Shown: piece after piece, positions 27,082-36,369 of the stretch
Layout: every line of letters starts with the position of its first letter
Numbering within the stretch: position 1 is the first letter of the stretch
Translations under genes and position numbers: made by a program
Source of the DNA: an uncultured Bacilli bacterium
GTDB lineage: Bacteria; Bacillota_I; Bacilli_A; RF39; UBA660
Direction of reading: 5' to 3'
Length of the DNA stretch: 64,000 bases
Assembly: GCA_944358675.1 (NCBI GenBank)
Contig: CALVRN010000002.1
Span: 43,955-107,954 of the forward strand
Notes under the pieces: generated by a model
Told to the model about the DNA's origin: nothing
Seen by the model: only the letters and a program-made list of their open reading frames with translations
Databases searched by the model: none

Positions 27082-28350
27082 ATGGATATATTAGATATAA
27101 TTGATAAAAAAGAAAAAGGTGAAAAACTAACCAAAGAAGAATTACAATACACCATAGATAACTATTTAAATGGAACCATTAAAGATTATCAAATGTCCGC
27201 ATTTCTCACAGAAATAGATTTACTTGGCTTATCAGATGAAGAAACAATAAATTTAACTGATATTATGTTAAAAAGTGGTGAAACTCTAGATTTAGGCTTT
27301 GATAATATTGTTGACAAACATTCAACAGGAGGTGTTGGCGATAAAACAACAATAGTACTCGCACCACTTGTTGCTTCATTAGGTGTTAAGGTCGCTAAAA
27401 TGAGTGGTAGAGGATTAGGACATACTGGTGGAACAATCGATAAATTAGAATCAATTGAAGGTTTTAAAACATCTATGACCTTAGAAAAATTCAAAAAGCA
27501 AGTTTCAGATATAAACATTGCTTTAGTTGGGCAAATGGGTAATTTAGTACCTGCCGATAAAAAAACTTATGCTTTAAGAGATGTTACCGGCACAGTAGAC
27601 TCGATTCCTCTTATAGCATCAAGTATCATGAGTAAAAAACTAGCTAGTGGAGCTTCTAGTATAGTCATTGATTTAAAAGTTGGTAGTGGAGCTTTAGTAA
27701 GTTCACTAGATGAAGCTAAAGAACTCGCTAGTATAATGGTTAAAATAGGAAAATGTTATAACAAAAAAATAGCTTGCGTTCTAACAAACATGGATGAACC
27801 TCTAGGATATGCCGTTGGAAATTCTCTTGAAGTAATTGAAGCTATAAACACCCTAAAAGGAAAAGGCCCAAAAGATCTAACAAATCTTGTCATAAATCTA
27901 GGTACTCAAATGGTATCGATGGGTTTAAATATTTCTGAAAAAGAAGCCGAAGAAAAAGTTAAAGAAAACTTATATAATGGAAAAGGTTATGAAAAAATGT
28001 TAGAATGGACTATAGCTCAAGGGGGCAACATAAATAGTATACCTGTCTCAAAAAACACTAAAATAATTAAAGCTCCAAAAGATGGTTATATCTCTTCAAT
28101 TAATGCTTTAGAAATTGGAAAATTATCTAGGAAACTAGGAGCAGGAAGGCTTACTAAAGATGATGAGATAGATTTAACTGTCGGCATAGTTTTAAACCAT
28201 AAAGTAGGAGACTATGTAAAAAAAGGAGAAACATTATTAACAGTTTTTTATAATGAAAAAGAAATAACCGATGAAGAAATATTGTCAAGTTTTAAATTTA
28301 ATGATTCTGTAATAGAGAAGCCTAAATTAATCATTGATATTATTAAATAA
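27082..28350 (+). CDS. pdp: pyrimidine-nucleoside (thymidine) phosphorylase
   Basis: DKHSTGGVGDKTT, SGRGLGHTGGTIDKLE. Confidence 0.9.
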   Translation: MDILDIIDKKEKGEKLTKEELQYTIDNYLNGTIKDYQMSAFLTEIDLLGLSDEETINLTDIMLKSGETLDLGFDNIVDKHSTGGVGDKTTIVLAPLVASLGVKVAKMSGRGLGHTGGTIDKLESIEGFKTSMTLEKFKKQVSDINIALVGQMGNLVPADKKTYALRDVTGTVDSIPLIASSIMSKKLASGASSIVIDLKVGSGALVSSLDEAKELASIMVKIGKCYNKKIACVLTNMDEPLGYAVGNSLEVIEAINTLKGKGPKDLTNLVINLGTQMVSMGLNISEKEAEEKVKENLYNGKGYEKMLEWTIAQGGNINSIPVSKNTKIIKAPKDGYISSINALEIGKLSRKLGAGRLTKDDEIDLTVGIVLNHKVGDYVKKGETLLTVFYNEKEITDEEILSSFKFNDSVIEKPKLIIDIIK

Positions 28351-28613
28351 AAAAACATTTAAAAATCTAGAAAAATCTAGATTTTTTTCAAAATAAAAAG
28401 GAAATCATAAAAAAATCTTGTATAATTATAATAGAAACACAAAAAAGGAACAGCTCCCCCTGAAAGGACTGTTCCAAATAAAAGAATAAAAAGGGGCTGG
28501 CTAGTTTACACTAGCGCCAATTCAACTAAAATTGAATTGGTGCTTAATATAATATCAGAAAAATAAAATATGTCAAGAGTTTTTAAAAACTTTTTCAAAA
28601 AGGAGGACAAAAA

Positions 28614-30596
28614 ATGAATTTAGAAGATATCAAAGGAATTGGAACAACCACTATAAAATATTTAAATGAACTTGGAATATATAATATTGATGACCTAATA
28701 AATTATTATCCATTTAGATATGAAATAATAGAAAACACAAATATAGATACATTGAATGATGGAGATAAAATAGTTATTGGTGGTATTATTGAAAACATCC
28801 CTAATATTATTCACTTTAATAGAAAATTAAATAAAATGAGTTTTCATTTAAACACTGGTAACTTTGTCACAAATATAACAATTTTTAATAGAGCATTTTT
28901 AAAAGATAAATTAAACATTGGAAATACTATTACGGTAATAGGAAAATATGATAAAAAACATAACAGCATAACTGCTAGTGATATAAAATTTGGTTTAATC
29001 GAAGAAACTTTAATTGAACCCATATACCATTCATCATTTAAAATCAGCAGCACTAAAATATCTAAAATAATCAAATCCGTTTTAAATAAAGTAAAAGCAT
29101 TAGATTATATTCCAGATAGCTTTATAGAAAAATATCATTTTATAGATAAAAATAAAGCAATAAAAATAGTTCATAACCCTACTAGTAAAGAAGAATTAAA
29201 TAAAGCTTTAGCTAGATTAAAGTATGAAGAGTTATTTATGTTCATGATGAAAATTAGTTATTTAAAAAACGCTTCTAGGAAAAGGGATGGACTTTCTAGA
29301 AATGTTTTCTATGACAAAGTTTTAGAAATAATAAATAATCTTCCATTCGAATTAACTAAAGACCAATTAAAATCAGTTAAAGATATATATGATGATTTAA
29401 TCAGTAAAAATAGAATGAATAGACTTCTTCAAGGTGATGTTGGAAGCGGTAAAACAATTGTCTCATTTATTGCACTATATATAAATTATTTAGGAGGTTA
29501 TCAAGGAGCATTAATGGCTCCAACTGAAATTTTAGCTTTCCAGCACTTTCAAAATTTTCAAAAACTTTTTCCAAATTTAAATATTGTATTATTAACCGGC
29601 AAACTAAAAGCCAAAGAAAAAAAAGAAACAAAAAAACTAATTGAAAGTGGTAAAGCTAATATAATTATCGGTACTCATGCTTTAATAAGCGAAGATGTAA
29701 CTTACAATAATTTAGGTTTAGTCATTACTGATGAACAACATCGCTTTGGAGTTGCTCAAAGAGGAAATCTAAAAAACAAAGGTATAACACCAGATATTTT
29801 ATATATGAGTGCGACCCCAATTCCAAGAACATATGCCTTAACCTTATATGGTGATATGGATATATCCAGTATCAGAACTATGCCAAGTGGTAGAAAACCA
29901 GTAAAAACATATGTCAAAACAAATAAGGAAATAAAAGATGTTTTATACATGATGTTAGATCAAATTAAAGTACACCATCAAATATATGTCATCGCTCCTT
30001 TAATCGAAGAAAGTGACAAAATAGATTTAGAAGATGTTTACAAACTAGAAGAAAAAATGAAAAAAGCATTTGGAAAAATATGTAATATCGGAATAATGCA
30101 TGGTAAAATGAATAACAAAGAAAAAGAAGAGGTCATGAATGAATTCAAACAAAATAAAATTCAAATATTAATTAGTACTACTGTTATTGAAGTTGGTGTC
30201 GATGTTGCGGGTGCCACTATGATTGTCATATTCGATAGTTATCGTTTTGGATTATCCGCTCTTCACCAATTAAGAGGAAGAGTAGGTAGAAATGATTTAG
30301 ATTCCTACTGCATTTTAATCAGTGATAAGGAAACCAAAAGACTAGAAGTTTTAACTAAAACAAATGATGGTTTTAAAGTTAGTGAAGAAGACTTTAAATT
30401 AAGAGGTGGAGGGGATATATTTGGCGTTAGACAAAGCGGCGATATGAACTTCAAACTTGCTGATATTAAAAATGATTATGATTTATTATTAAGAGCCAAA
30501 GAAGACAGTGAAAGCTTTATAAAAAGCAAAGAATATAATAATTCAAAATATAATTTCATCAAAAAATTAGTAACACATTCTGCAAACTTAGACTAA
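28614..30596 (+). CDS. recG: ATP-dependent DNA helicase RecG
   Basis: Wedge domain followed by helicase motifs GDVGSGKT, DEQHRFG, and HQLRGRVGR. Confidence 0.9.
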   Translation: MNLEDIKGIGTTTIKYLNELGIYNIDDLINYYPFRYEIIENTNIDTLNDGDKIVIGGIIENIPNIIHFNRKLNKMSFHLNTGNFVTNITIFNRAFLKDKLNIGNTITVIGKYDKKHNSITASDIKFGLIEETLIEPIYHSSFKISSTKISKIIKSVLNKVKALDYIPDSFIEKYHFIDKNKAIKIVHNPTSKEELNKALARLKYEELFMFMMKISYLKNASRKRDGLSRNVFYDKVLEIINNLPFELTKDQLKSVKDIYDDLISKNRMNRLLQGDVGSGKTIVSFIALYINYLGGYQGALMAPTEILAFQHFQNFQKLFPNLNIVLLTGKLKAKEKKETKKLIESGKANIIIGTHALISEDVTYNNLGLVITDEQHRFGVAQRGNLKNKGITPDILYMSATPIPRTYALTLYGDMDISSIRTMPSGRKPVKTYVKTNKEIKDVLYMMLDQIKVHHQIYVIAPLIEESDKIDLEDVYKLEEKMKKAFGKICNIGIMHGKMNNKEKEEVMNEFKQNKIQILISTTVIEVGVDVAGATMIVIFDSYRFGLSALHQLRGRVGRNDLDSYCILISDKETKRLEVLTKTNDGFKVSEEDFKLRGGGDIFGVRQSGDMNFKLADIKNDYDLLLRAKEDSESFIKSKEYNNSKYNFIKKLVTHSANLD

Positions 30597-30665
30597 ATGT
30601 GTCAAGTATACAAAAATGCACTAAAATTAATTGACTTTTAAATCTAAATAAATTATACTTTTTAT

Positions 30666-30757
30666 GCATAGGATAATTATTCTATGTGGCTACTGCTTAC
30701 GGAATCTAGTAAGTAGCTAACCAACCCCCTGAAGGAGCCTTTTATAGGCTCCATTTT
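30666..30757 (+). ncRNA. candidate small RNA (three hairpins with a C-rich single-stranded linker)
   Basis: TTGACT-17-TATACT promoter (30631-30659). Hairpins at 30666-30687 and 30689-30717. C-rich linker CCAACCCCCTGAAGG (30721-30735). GGAGCC-7 nt-GGCTCC hairpin followed by ATTTT. No ORF. Could instead be the recG 3' end. Confidence 0.3.
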
Positions 30758-30771
30758 ATATTTTTAAGACA

Positions 30772-30800
30772 TTGACACACACTCCCTAGGGGTATATACT
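30772..30800 (+). promoter_or_regulatory. promoter with embedded CsoR-type operator
   Basis: TTGACA-17-TATACT. The spacer contains the G/C-rich palindrome CCCTAGGG followed by GTAT (30784-30795), resembling the right half of the B. subtilis CsoR operator (GGGGTAT). Confidence 0.55.
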
Positions 30801-30816
30801 TAAAATGGAGGTTAAT

Positions 30817-31119
30817 ATGAAAGGTAGAAGAAAGAAAAACAATCATAAAATAAAATTTCAAAATCCAGAAGATAAAAAGAAAATTCTAAAAAGACTATCT
30901 GTAATTGAAGGACAAATAAGAGGAATTTCTGGTATGGTAAATGAAAATAGATATTGTAGTGACATTTTAATCCAAATAAGTTCAGCTGAAAGTGCCCTAA
31001 GAAGTTTATCTAATAATATATTAGAAAACCATATGCGCACTTGCATTGCAGAAGAGATAAAAAAAGGAAATAATGAAGCAATTGATGAAATTATGAAAAT
31101 TATAAAAAGAAATAAATAG
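30817..31119 (+). CDS. csoR: CsoR/RcnR/FrmR-family metal-sensing repressor (Cu-type C-H-C ligands)
   Basis: LKRLSVIEGQIRGISGMV, then YCSDILIQ...ENHMRTC gives the x-C-H-C fingerprint. RBS GGAGG precedes the ATG at 30817. Confidence 0.8.
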   Translation: MKGRRKKNNHKIKFQNPEDKKKILKRLSVIEGQIRGISGMVNENRYCSDILIQISSAESALRSLSNNILENHMRTCIAEEIKKGNNEAIDEIMKIIKRNK

Positions 31120-31133
31120 AAAAGAGGTAGAAT

Positions 31134-31787
31134 ATGAAATTAGCTCAAAAAATAATCTTGTGTTTAGTAGTTTTAGTAATCGGAATAATATCATTTATAT
31201 ATTTAAGACCGGAGAGTATGGAAACCCATTTTAAATTAGAATATGAAAGTTTAAATGGAAAGAATGATTATATAGATGTAAATATTCCAAGTGATAACAA
31301 TATTGTATATGCTGATTATGAACAAATATTTGACATATTAGATGGAACAGGTGTTATTTATTTTGGCTATCCAGAGTGTCCTTGGTGTCGTAATGCTGTA
31401 CCAGTATTAATCGAAGCCGCTAAAGAAGCTGAAGTTGATCAAATATATTATTTAAATAATAATGAAGATCGTGACACAAAAACATTAAAAGATGGTAAAG
31501 TGGTTACGGAAAAAGAAGGTACAGATAACTATAATAAACTATTGGAAAAATTAGGTGATAAAGCATCAACTTATGAAGGATTAGAGGATAACTCTATTAA
31601 AAGATTATATTTTCCAACCTTAGTAGTTGTTAAAAATGGTGAAATAACCGATTATATTGAAGGAACTGTAGATTCACAAAAAGATCCTCAAAAACCACTT
31701 AATGAAAAACAAAAGAAAGAATTAAAAGATAAATATACTAAAACCATGAAAAAATTAAAAACATGTAATCAAAATTCAAAATGTTAA
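31134..31787 (+). CDS. membrane-anchored thioredoxin-fold protein (CPWC)
   Basis: N-terminal TM. YFGYPECPWCRNAVPVL active-site context. Confidence 0.6.
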   Translation: MKLAQKIILCLVVLVIGIISFIYLRPESMETHFKLEYESLNGKNDYIDVNIPSDNNIVYADYEQIFDILDGTGVIYFGYPECPWCRNAVPVLIEAAKEAEVDQIYYLNNNEDRDTKTLKDGKVVTEKEGTDNYNKLLEKLGDKASTYEGLEDNSIKRLYFPTLVVVKNGEITDYIEGTVDSQKDPQKPLNEKQKKELKDKYTKTMKKLKTCNQNSKC

Positions 31788-31799
31788 AGGAGGCTAGGC

Positions 31800-32462
31800 A
31801 TGCAATTTATTGTCAAACGTGAAGTTTTAGATTTAGGCTTAAAAACATTAGGTATAGTAATAACTGATATAGATAATAAAACAAAATCAGAAGATTTCTT
31901 AAACTTTAAAACAAAAGCCAATGAAGCTCTAAAAGAAAAATATAAAAACTTTGACATTGAAACAGATTTTATTTTAAAAGGGTTTAATGAACTTCATAAA
32001 AAAATAGGTATTAAAAGAAGAAAAAACACCCCTATAGGTGAAAGCATCTTAAAACAATTTTTAAAAAATGATAAACTACTAGAAAAAAGCAAATTAATGG
32101 ACCTATATAACATAGTTACATTAGATTCAAGATTATCTATTGCTATATATGATATAGATAAAATAGAAGGTGATGTAACCTTAAAAATATTAGAAAAAAA
32201 CCAAACGTTTTTATCAGTAGATAATGAAGAAAGAATAGCAAATAAAGGCGAATATGTATATTCAGACAATAAAAATATAATATATAGATTAGAAGTTGAA
32301 CAATCTAACAAAGCTATAATTACCGAAAACACAAAAAATACATTTATAACTATTGAAGGTAATGAAGCCACAAGCAATGAATACCTAATGGAAGTAGCAA
32401 GTGAGATTATTGAATTAATAACAAGGTATTGTGGTGGAGATGCTGATATAATTTATAAATAA
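31800..32462 (+). CDS. B3/B4 tRNA-binding-domain protein (PheT B3/4-like, COG3382-type)
   Basis: Pattern ...GESILKQFLKN.KL...N.LMDLYNIVTLDSRLSIAIYDIDKIEGDVTLK resembles stand-alone B3/4 proteins. Confidence 0.55.
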   Translation: MQFIVKREVLDLGLKTLGIVITDIDNKTKSEDFLNFKTKANEALKEKYKNFDIETDFILKGFNELHKKIGIKRRKNTPIGESILKQFLKNDKLLEKSKLMDLYNIVTLDSRLSIAIYDIDKIEGDVTLKILEKNQTFLSVDNEERIANKGEYVYSDNKNIIYRLEVEQSNKAIITENTKNTFITIEGNEATSNEYLMEVASEIIELITRYCGGDADIIYK

Positions 32463-32616
32463 TTTTGACAAAAAATGACAAATTTCATTTTAAGTTTTGT
32501 TTATATTTTTAAATAGAATAATTTAAAATGTCTAAAAAAAGTAAAGTAATTGACAAAAAAAGTTGTAAACTTAAAAATGGTATGTTATAATTTTAAATAG
32601 AATGGAGGGGTTTTCA

Positions 32617-32880
32617 ATGGATGAATTACAAAAAATTAAGGTAAAAAAATCCAATGGAGAAGAAACTGAAGCCGAAGTATTACTATGCTTTGAACTAGAA
32701 AAAACTGGAAAAAAATATATTCTATACACATTTAATGAAGTTGATGATAAAAATATGGAAACAATACATGCATCAATTTTAAATGAAAATAAAGATGGAT
32801 ATCAATTAGATACTATTCCAGAAGATGAGTGGAAAGAAGTAAAAGAAGTAATGCGTGAAATTATTAGAAATGAGGAGTGA
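32617..32880 (+). CDS. DUF1292-family small protein
   Basis: GEETEAEVLLCFELEKTGKKYILYT pattern. RBS GGAGGGG precedes the ATG at 32617. Confidence 0.6.
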   Translation: MDELQKIKVKKSNGEETEAEVLLCFELEKTGKKYILYTFNEVDDKNMETIHASILNENKDGYQLDTIPEDEWKEVKEVMREIIRNEE

Positions 32881-32885
32881 TTTAA

Positions 32886-34550
32886 ATGATTCTAAAGGGT
32901 AATAAAAGTGTAAAAATAAGCCCCAATATGAAAGATAAATTAAAAAGCTTTATGTCTAAAGTAAAAGGTGGCTTAAAAACAGTAAAATACGTTCCTGGTT
33001 CTATATTTGAAGTTTTTAAAGATGTACCAAAAGCAGTCGCAGCTTTATCAACTGCTAAAAAAGAAGATGAGGAAAAACCAAAAACTAAGGATAAAAAACC
33101 AAGCACCTCAGATACTAAAGCAGATGAGAAAGATAAGGATTTAGCTAAAATAGATTCTGACACTACAAATGATGCCACTAAAACTGATACACCAGCACCA
33201 CTAGTTATACCAGTCCCAGTTCAAGAGCCTAAAATGGATGAATCAAGTACAAAAACTAAAGTTATTGAACCTAAAAAAGTTGATGTAAAAAGTATTCTAG
33301 CACAACATGATAAACAAGGAAAGTCAGAAAATACAAAAGAAAATGATCCTATCAAACCTGAAAAAGTAATTGTAGAACCTAAAAAGGATGAAAAGAAAGA
33401 ACCAGAAAAACCTAAAAAGAAGAAAAAAGACTTAAAAGATTTAACTGCATTTGACACATATAAAGAATATAAATACGCATATTTCTGGAATTATTACTTT
33501 AATAAATATGATGCCGATAATTTAGAAAAAGTTGCCAAAGACTTTGCAAAAGGTGCCGATGTTAATGCTTATAGAGATTTACTTAGCGAAGCACAATTTA
33601 ATACTAAAAGAGATGAACAATTAAAAGCTAAAGAAATTGCTGAACTCAAAAAGGCCCATGCTGAAGAACTAGATGCCGCTGAAGAAAAACGTCAAGCTGA
33701 TGTTCAAGCTGCAAAGGATGAAAGTCAAGCCGAAATTGATGATCTTACTGAAAAATTAACAACTGCTAGAGCTAAAAATAGAGTATTAAATTCTAAATTA
33801 AAAGCCGACAATGAAGCATTAGAACAAATAAAAGAAGTTATTGAACCACTTGGAATTGCTAAAATTGCTGAAATTATTTCTTCTGCAGAAGAAAAATGTG
33901 AAAACATCGATAAACGTGCTGAAGAAAGAGAAAAGGCTAAAGCAAAAGAAACTGAATCACAAGCTTCACCAGTTAAAGAAGATAGTGAAGAGCCAAAATC
34001 AATTGATGAACAAGTTAATGATATTATGAAAGATATAAATAAAAAGGTTTATCAAGATGAATCTAAAGAAGAGAAAACTACTACAGTAGAACCTCAAACA
34101 GAAGAAGACAAAAAAGATGTTTTTTCAGATTTAGCTAGTACCGTTAGCCAAGTTAGTGAACAAAAAGAAACTCAAGAAACAGCAAATCCAGAAGCACCAG
34201 TAGAAAGCTCAGTTTTAGATGATCTTAGAAATGTAGATGATATATTTCCAGAGCAATCAAATAAAGATAAAACTGTAATTTTCCATTCAAATGATCCAAA
34301 ACTTCAAGGAATTGGTAAATTCGATGATCAAAACAGAATAACTGTTGATTGGAGACCATTATCTAGTGAAAATAATAGTGAGCAAGCTTTAGATTATATG
34401 GGATATGATCCTGAAACTAGAGCAGAAATTGGCATAAAAGCTCAAGATATTGTAAATAACAGTAATGGAGAAATTTCATTTAACGAAGCTTTAGCTAAGG
34501 CTACCCAAGAATTTTCAAATGATTCAAAATCAAATGGCAAAACAAGATAA
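32886..34550 (+). CDS. large K/E/D-rich, coiled-coil-like hypothetical protein
   Basis: 554-aa uninterrupted ORF with RBS. Low-complexity charged sequence with no TM or signal peptide. Confidence 0.5.
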   Translation: MILKGNKSVKISPNMKDKLKSFMSKVKGGLKTVKYVPGSIFEVFKDVPKAVAALSTAKKEDEEKPKTKDKKPSTSDTKADEKDKDLAKIDSDTTNDATKTDTPAPLVIPVPVQEPKMDESSTKTKVIEPKKVDVKSILAQHDKQGKSENTKENDPIKPEKVIVEPKKDEKKEPEKPKKKKKDLKDLTAFDTYKEYKYAYFWNYYFNKYDADNLEKVAKDFAKGADVNAYRDLLSEAQFNTKRDEQLKAKEIAELKKAHAEELDAAEEKRQADVQAAKDESQAEIDDLTEKLTTARAKNRVLNSKLKADNEALEQIKEVIEPLGIAKIAEIISSAEEKCENIDKRAEEREKAKAKETESQASPVKEDSEEPKSIDEQVNDIMKDINKKVYQDESKEEKTTTVEPQTEEDKKDVFSDLASTVSQVSEQKETQETANPEAPVESSVLDDLRNVDDIFPEQSNKDKTVIFHSNDPKLQGIGKFDDQNRITVDWRPLSSENNSEQALDYMGYDPETRAEIGIKAQDIVNNSNGEISFNEALAKATQEFSNDSKSNGKTR

Positions 34551-34572
34551 ATAATTTTACGTAAATATTTAA

Positions 34573-34598
34573 AAGCATCGACTATTTTCGGTGCTTTT
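34573..34598 (+). terminator. intrinsic terminator
   Basis: AAGCATCG-8 nt-CGGTGCTT (one G-U) running into TTTT. Followed by TGcTATACT (34620-34628). Confidence 0.55.
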
Positions 34599-34650
34599 AT
34601 TGTAATTTAAAAGGCACTATGCTATACTATATTAGTAGGAGGAGATAACT

Positions 34651-35079
34651 TTGGAACAATGGTTAGTATGGTTAATTATCGTTATTTTACTTGCTTTAAT
34701 TGAAATTATTACTATTAATTTAACAACCATTTGGTTTGTTGTAAGCGGTATCATCGCTTTAATAGTATCACTATTTGTAGACAACTATATTGTGCAGTTT
34801 GGAATATTTGTAATATTAGGTGTAATATTATTAATTACCACTAAACCATTTTTAACTAAATTTATTAAGCAGCACAAAACTCGTACTAATATTGATAGAA
34901 TAATTGATATGACAGGTGTTGTCACTGAAAAAATAGAAAAAAACGAAGATGGAGAAGTAAAAGTTGATGGTAAAAAATGGACTGCATATGCCGACAAAGC
35001 AATAAAAAAGGGTGAATTAGTAAAAGTATTAGAAATTAAAGGGGTAAAAATAAAAGTCGAGAAAGTAGGAGAAAAATAA
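34651..35079 (+). CDS. NfeD-family membrane protein
   Basis: TTG start after AGGAGG. Three TM segments plus a C-terminal OB-like GEVKVDGKKWTAY...GELVKVLEIKG. Confidence 0.7.
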   Translation: MEQWLVWLIIVILLALIEIITINLTTIWFVVSGIIALIVSLFVDNYIVQFGIFVILGVILLITTKPFLTKFIKQHKTRTNIDRIIDMTGVVTEKIEKNEDGEVKVDGKKWTAYADKAIKKGELVKVLEIKGVKIKVEKVGEK

Positions 35080-35972
35080 TGCCAATATTAATAGTTATTT
35101 TAGTTATAATTTTTATAATTATTTTACCAAACGTTAAAGTAGTACCACAATCAATGTGTTATATCATTGAAAGATTAGGTTCTTATTATGCAACATGGAC
35201 AAATGGACTTCATTTTAAAATACCTTTTATTGATAGATTTGCCAATGTAGGAGCAATCAGTTTAAAAGAAAAGGTTCAAGATTTCCCACCACAACCAGTT
35301 ATTACAAAAGATAATGTTACAATGCAAATAGACACTGTTGTATATTATCAAATAACTGATCCAAAATTATATACTTATGGTGTTGAAAGTCCAGTAAGAG
35401 CAATAGAAAATTTAACTGCTACAACTTTAAGAAATATTATTGGTGAATTAGAATTAGACCAAACCCTAACATCTAGAGATATAATTAACTCTAAGATGAG
35501 ATCAATCTTAGATGAAGCAACTAACCCTTGGGGTATAAAGATAAACCGTGTTGAAGTTAAAAATATTTTACCACCTCATGATATTCAAGAAGCCATGGAA
35601 AAACAAATGAGAGCTGAAAGAGAAAGAAGAGAAAAAATATTACAAGCCGAAGGTGAAAAGAAATCAAGTGTCTTAATTGCTGAAGGTAATAAAGAAAGCT
35701 TAATTTTACAAGCTGAAGCCGCTAAAGAAGCTCAAATCAAAAAAGCTGAAGGTGAAGCTGAAGCTATATTAAAAAGAAGTGAAGCTGAAGCTACAGCTAT
35801 TAAAAACTTAAAAGAAGCTGGGGCAGATCAGTCGGTTTTAACTTTAAGAAGTTTTGATGCTTTGGCTAATATGGCTAATGGTCAAGCTACAAAAATAATT
35901 GTTCCTTCTAACTTGCAAGATCTAGCTACTTTAGGAACAACACTTTCTGAAATGTTTAAAGATAAAAAGTAA
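35079..35972 (+). CDS. SPFH/band-7 (stomatin/flotillin-like) protein
   Basis: N-terminal TM, SPFH core (QPVITKDNVTMQIDTVVYYQITDP) and an A/E-rich coiled-coil tail. Classic NfeD-SPFH pair. Confidence 0.85.
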   Translation: MPILIVILVIIFIIILPNVKVVPQSMCYIIERLGSYYATWTNGLHFKIPFIDRFANVGAISLKEKVQDFPPQPVITKDNVTMQIDTVVYYQITDPKLYTYGVESPVRAIENLTATTLRNIIGELELDQTLTSRDIINSKMRSILDEATNPWGIKINRVEVKNILPPHDIQEAMEKQMRAERERREKILQAEGEKKSSVLIAEGNKESLILQAEAAKEAQIKKAEGEAEAILKRSEAEATAIKNLKEAGADQSVLTLRSFDALANMANGQATKIIVPSNLQDLATLGTTLSEMFKDKK

Positions 35973-36135
35973 AAGAATTAATCTTTTGCTTTTTTTGACA
36001 TTTTCTGCGCACGCACTATTTTAAAATATTTATAGGTGATTGAAATGACTTATAAATATCATATTAATGATGAAGTAATAACTATTTATTAGTATATTTA
36101 AAAGCTATCACCCATAAAATTATATGGGTGATATC

Positions 36136-36369
36136 ATGCTGAAGGATTTGCGCACATATATTTTAGAAAATGAATTTAAAATAAATATATTAACCGGTAA
36201 AGTAGATATTGTAAATTATATAGAAATCGACCATTTTGATGACACTAAAGTAATAATAAGATATGAAAAAGGTATAGTAAAAATCAAAGGAGAAAATTTA
36301 ACCATTTCCAAATTGCTTAATGATGAATTGTTAATCCTCGGAAAAATAAAAGTAGTTGAGTTTGAGTGA
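36136..36369 (+). CDS. yqfC: sporulation protein YqfC
   Basis: About 77 aa. Pattern and position immediately upstream of and overlapping yqfD, as in Bacillus. The ATG at 36136 is preferred because 36124 lies inside a perfect hairpin. Confidence 0.65.
   Translation: MLKDLRTYILENEFKINILTGKVDIVNYIEIDHFDDTKVIIRYEKGIVKIKGENLTISKLLNDELLILGKIKVVEFE

Noticed and set aside
28578-28591. Perfect 14-nt palindrome AGTTTTTAAAAACT in the recG leader as a possible operator.
   Set aside because: Pure A/T palindromes of this size are expected by chance in this composition, and I found no second copy.
33841-34029. 62-aa alternative-frame + strand ORF inside the K/E-rich gene.
   Set aside because: It is a frame-shifted reading of repetitive AAA/GAA-rich coding sequence, with no RBS.
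36045-36092. 15-codon ORF (MTYKYHINDEVITIY) with a good AGGTGA RBS upstream of yqfC.
   Set aside because: It is too short to evaluate, and SD-like strings plus ATG occur by chance in this spacer. It is recorded only in case ribosome profiling becomes available.
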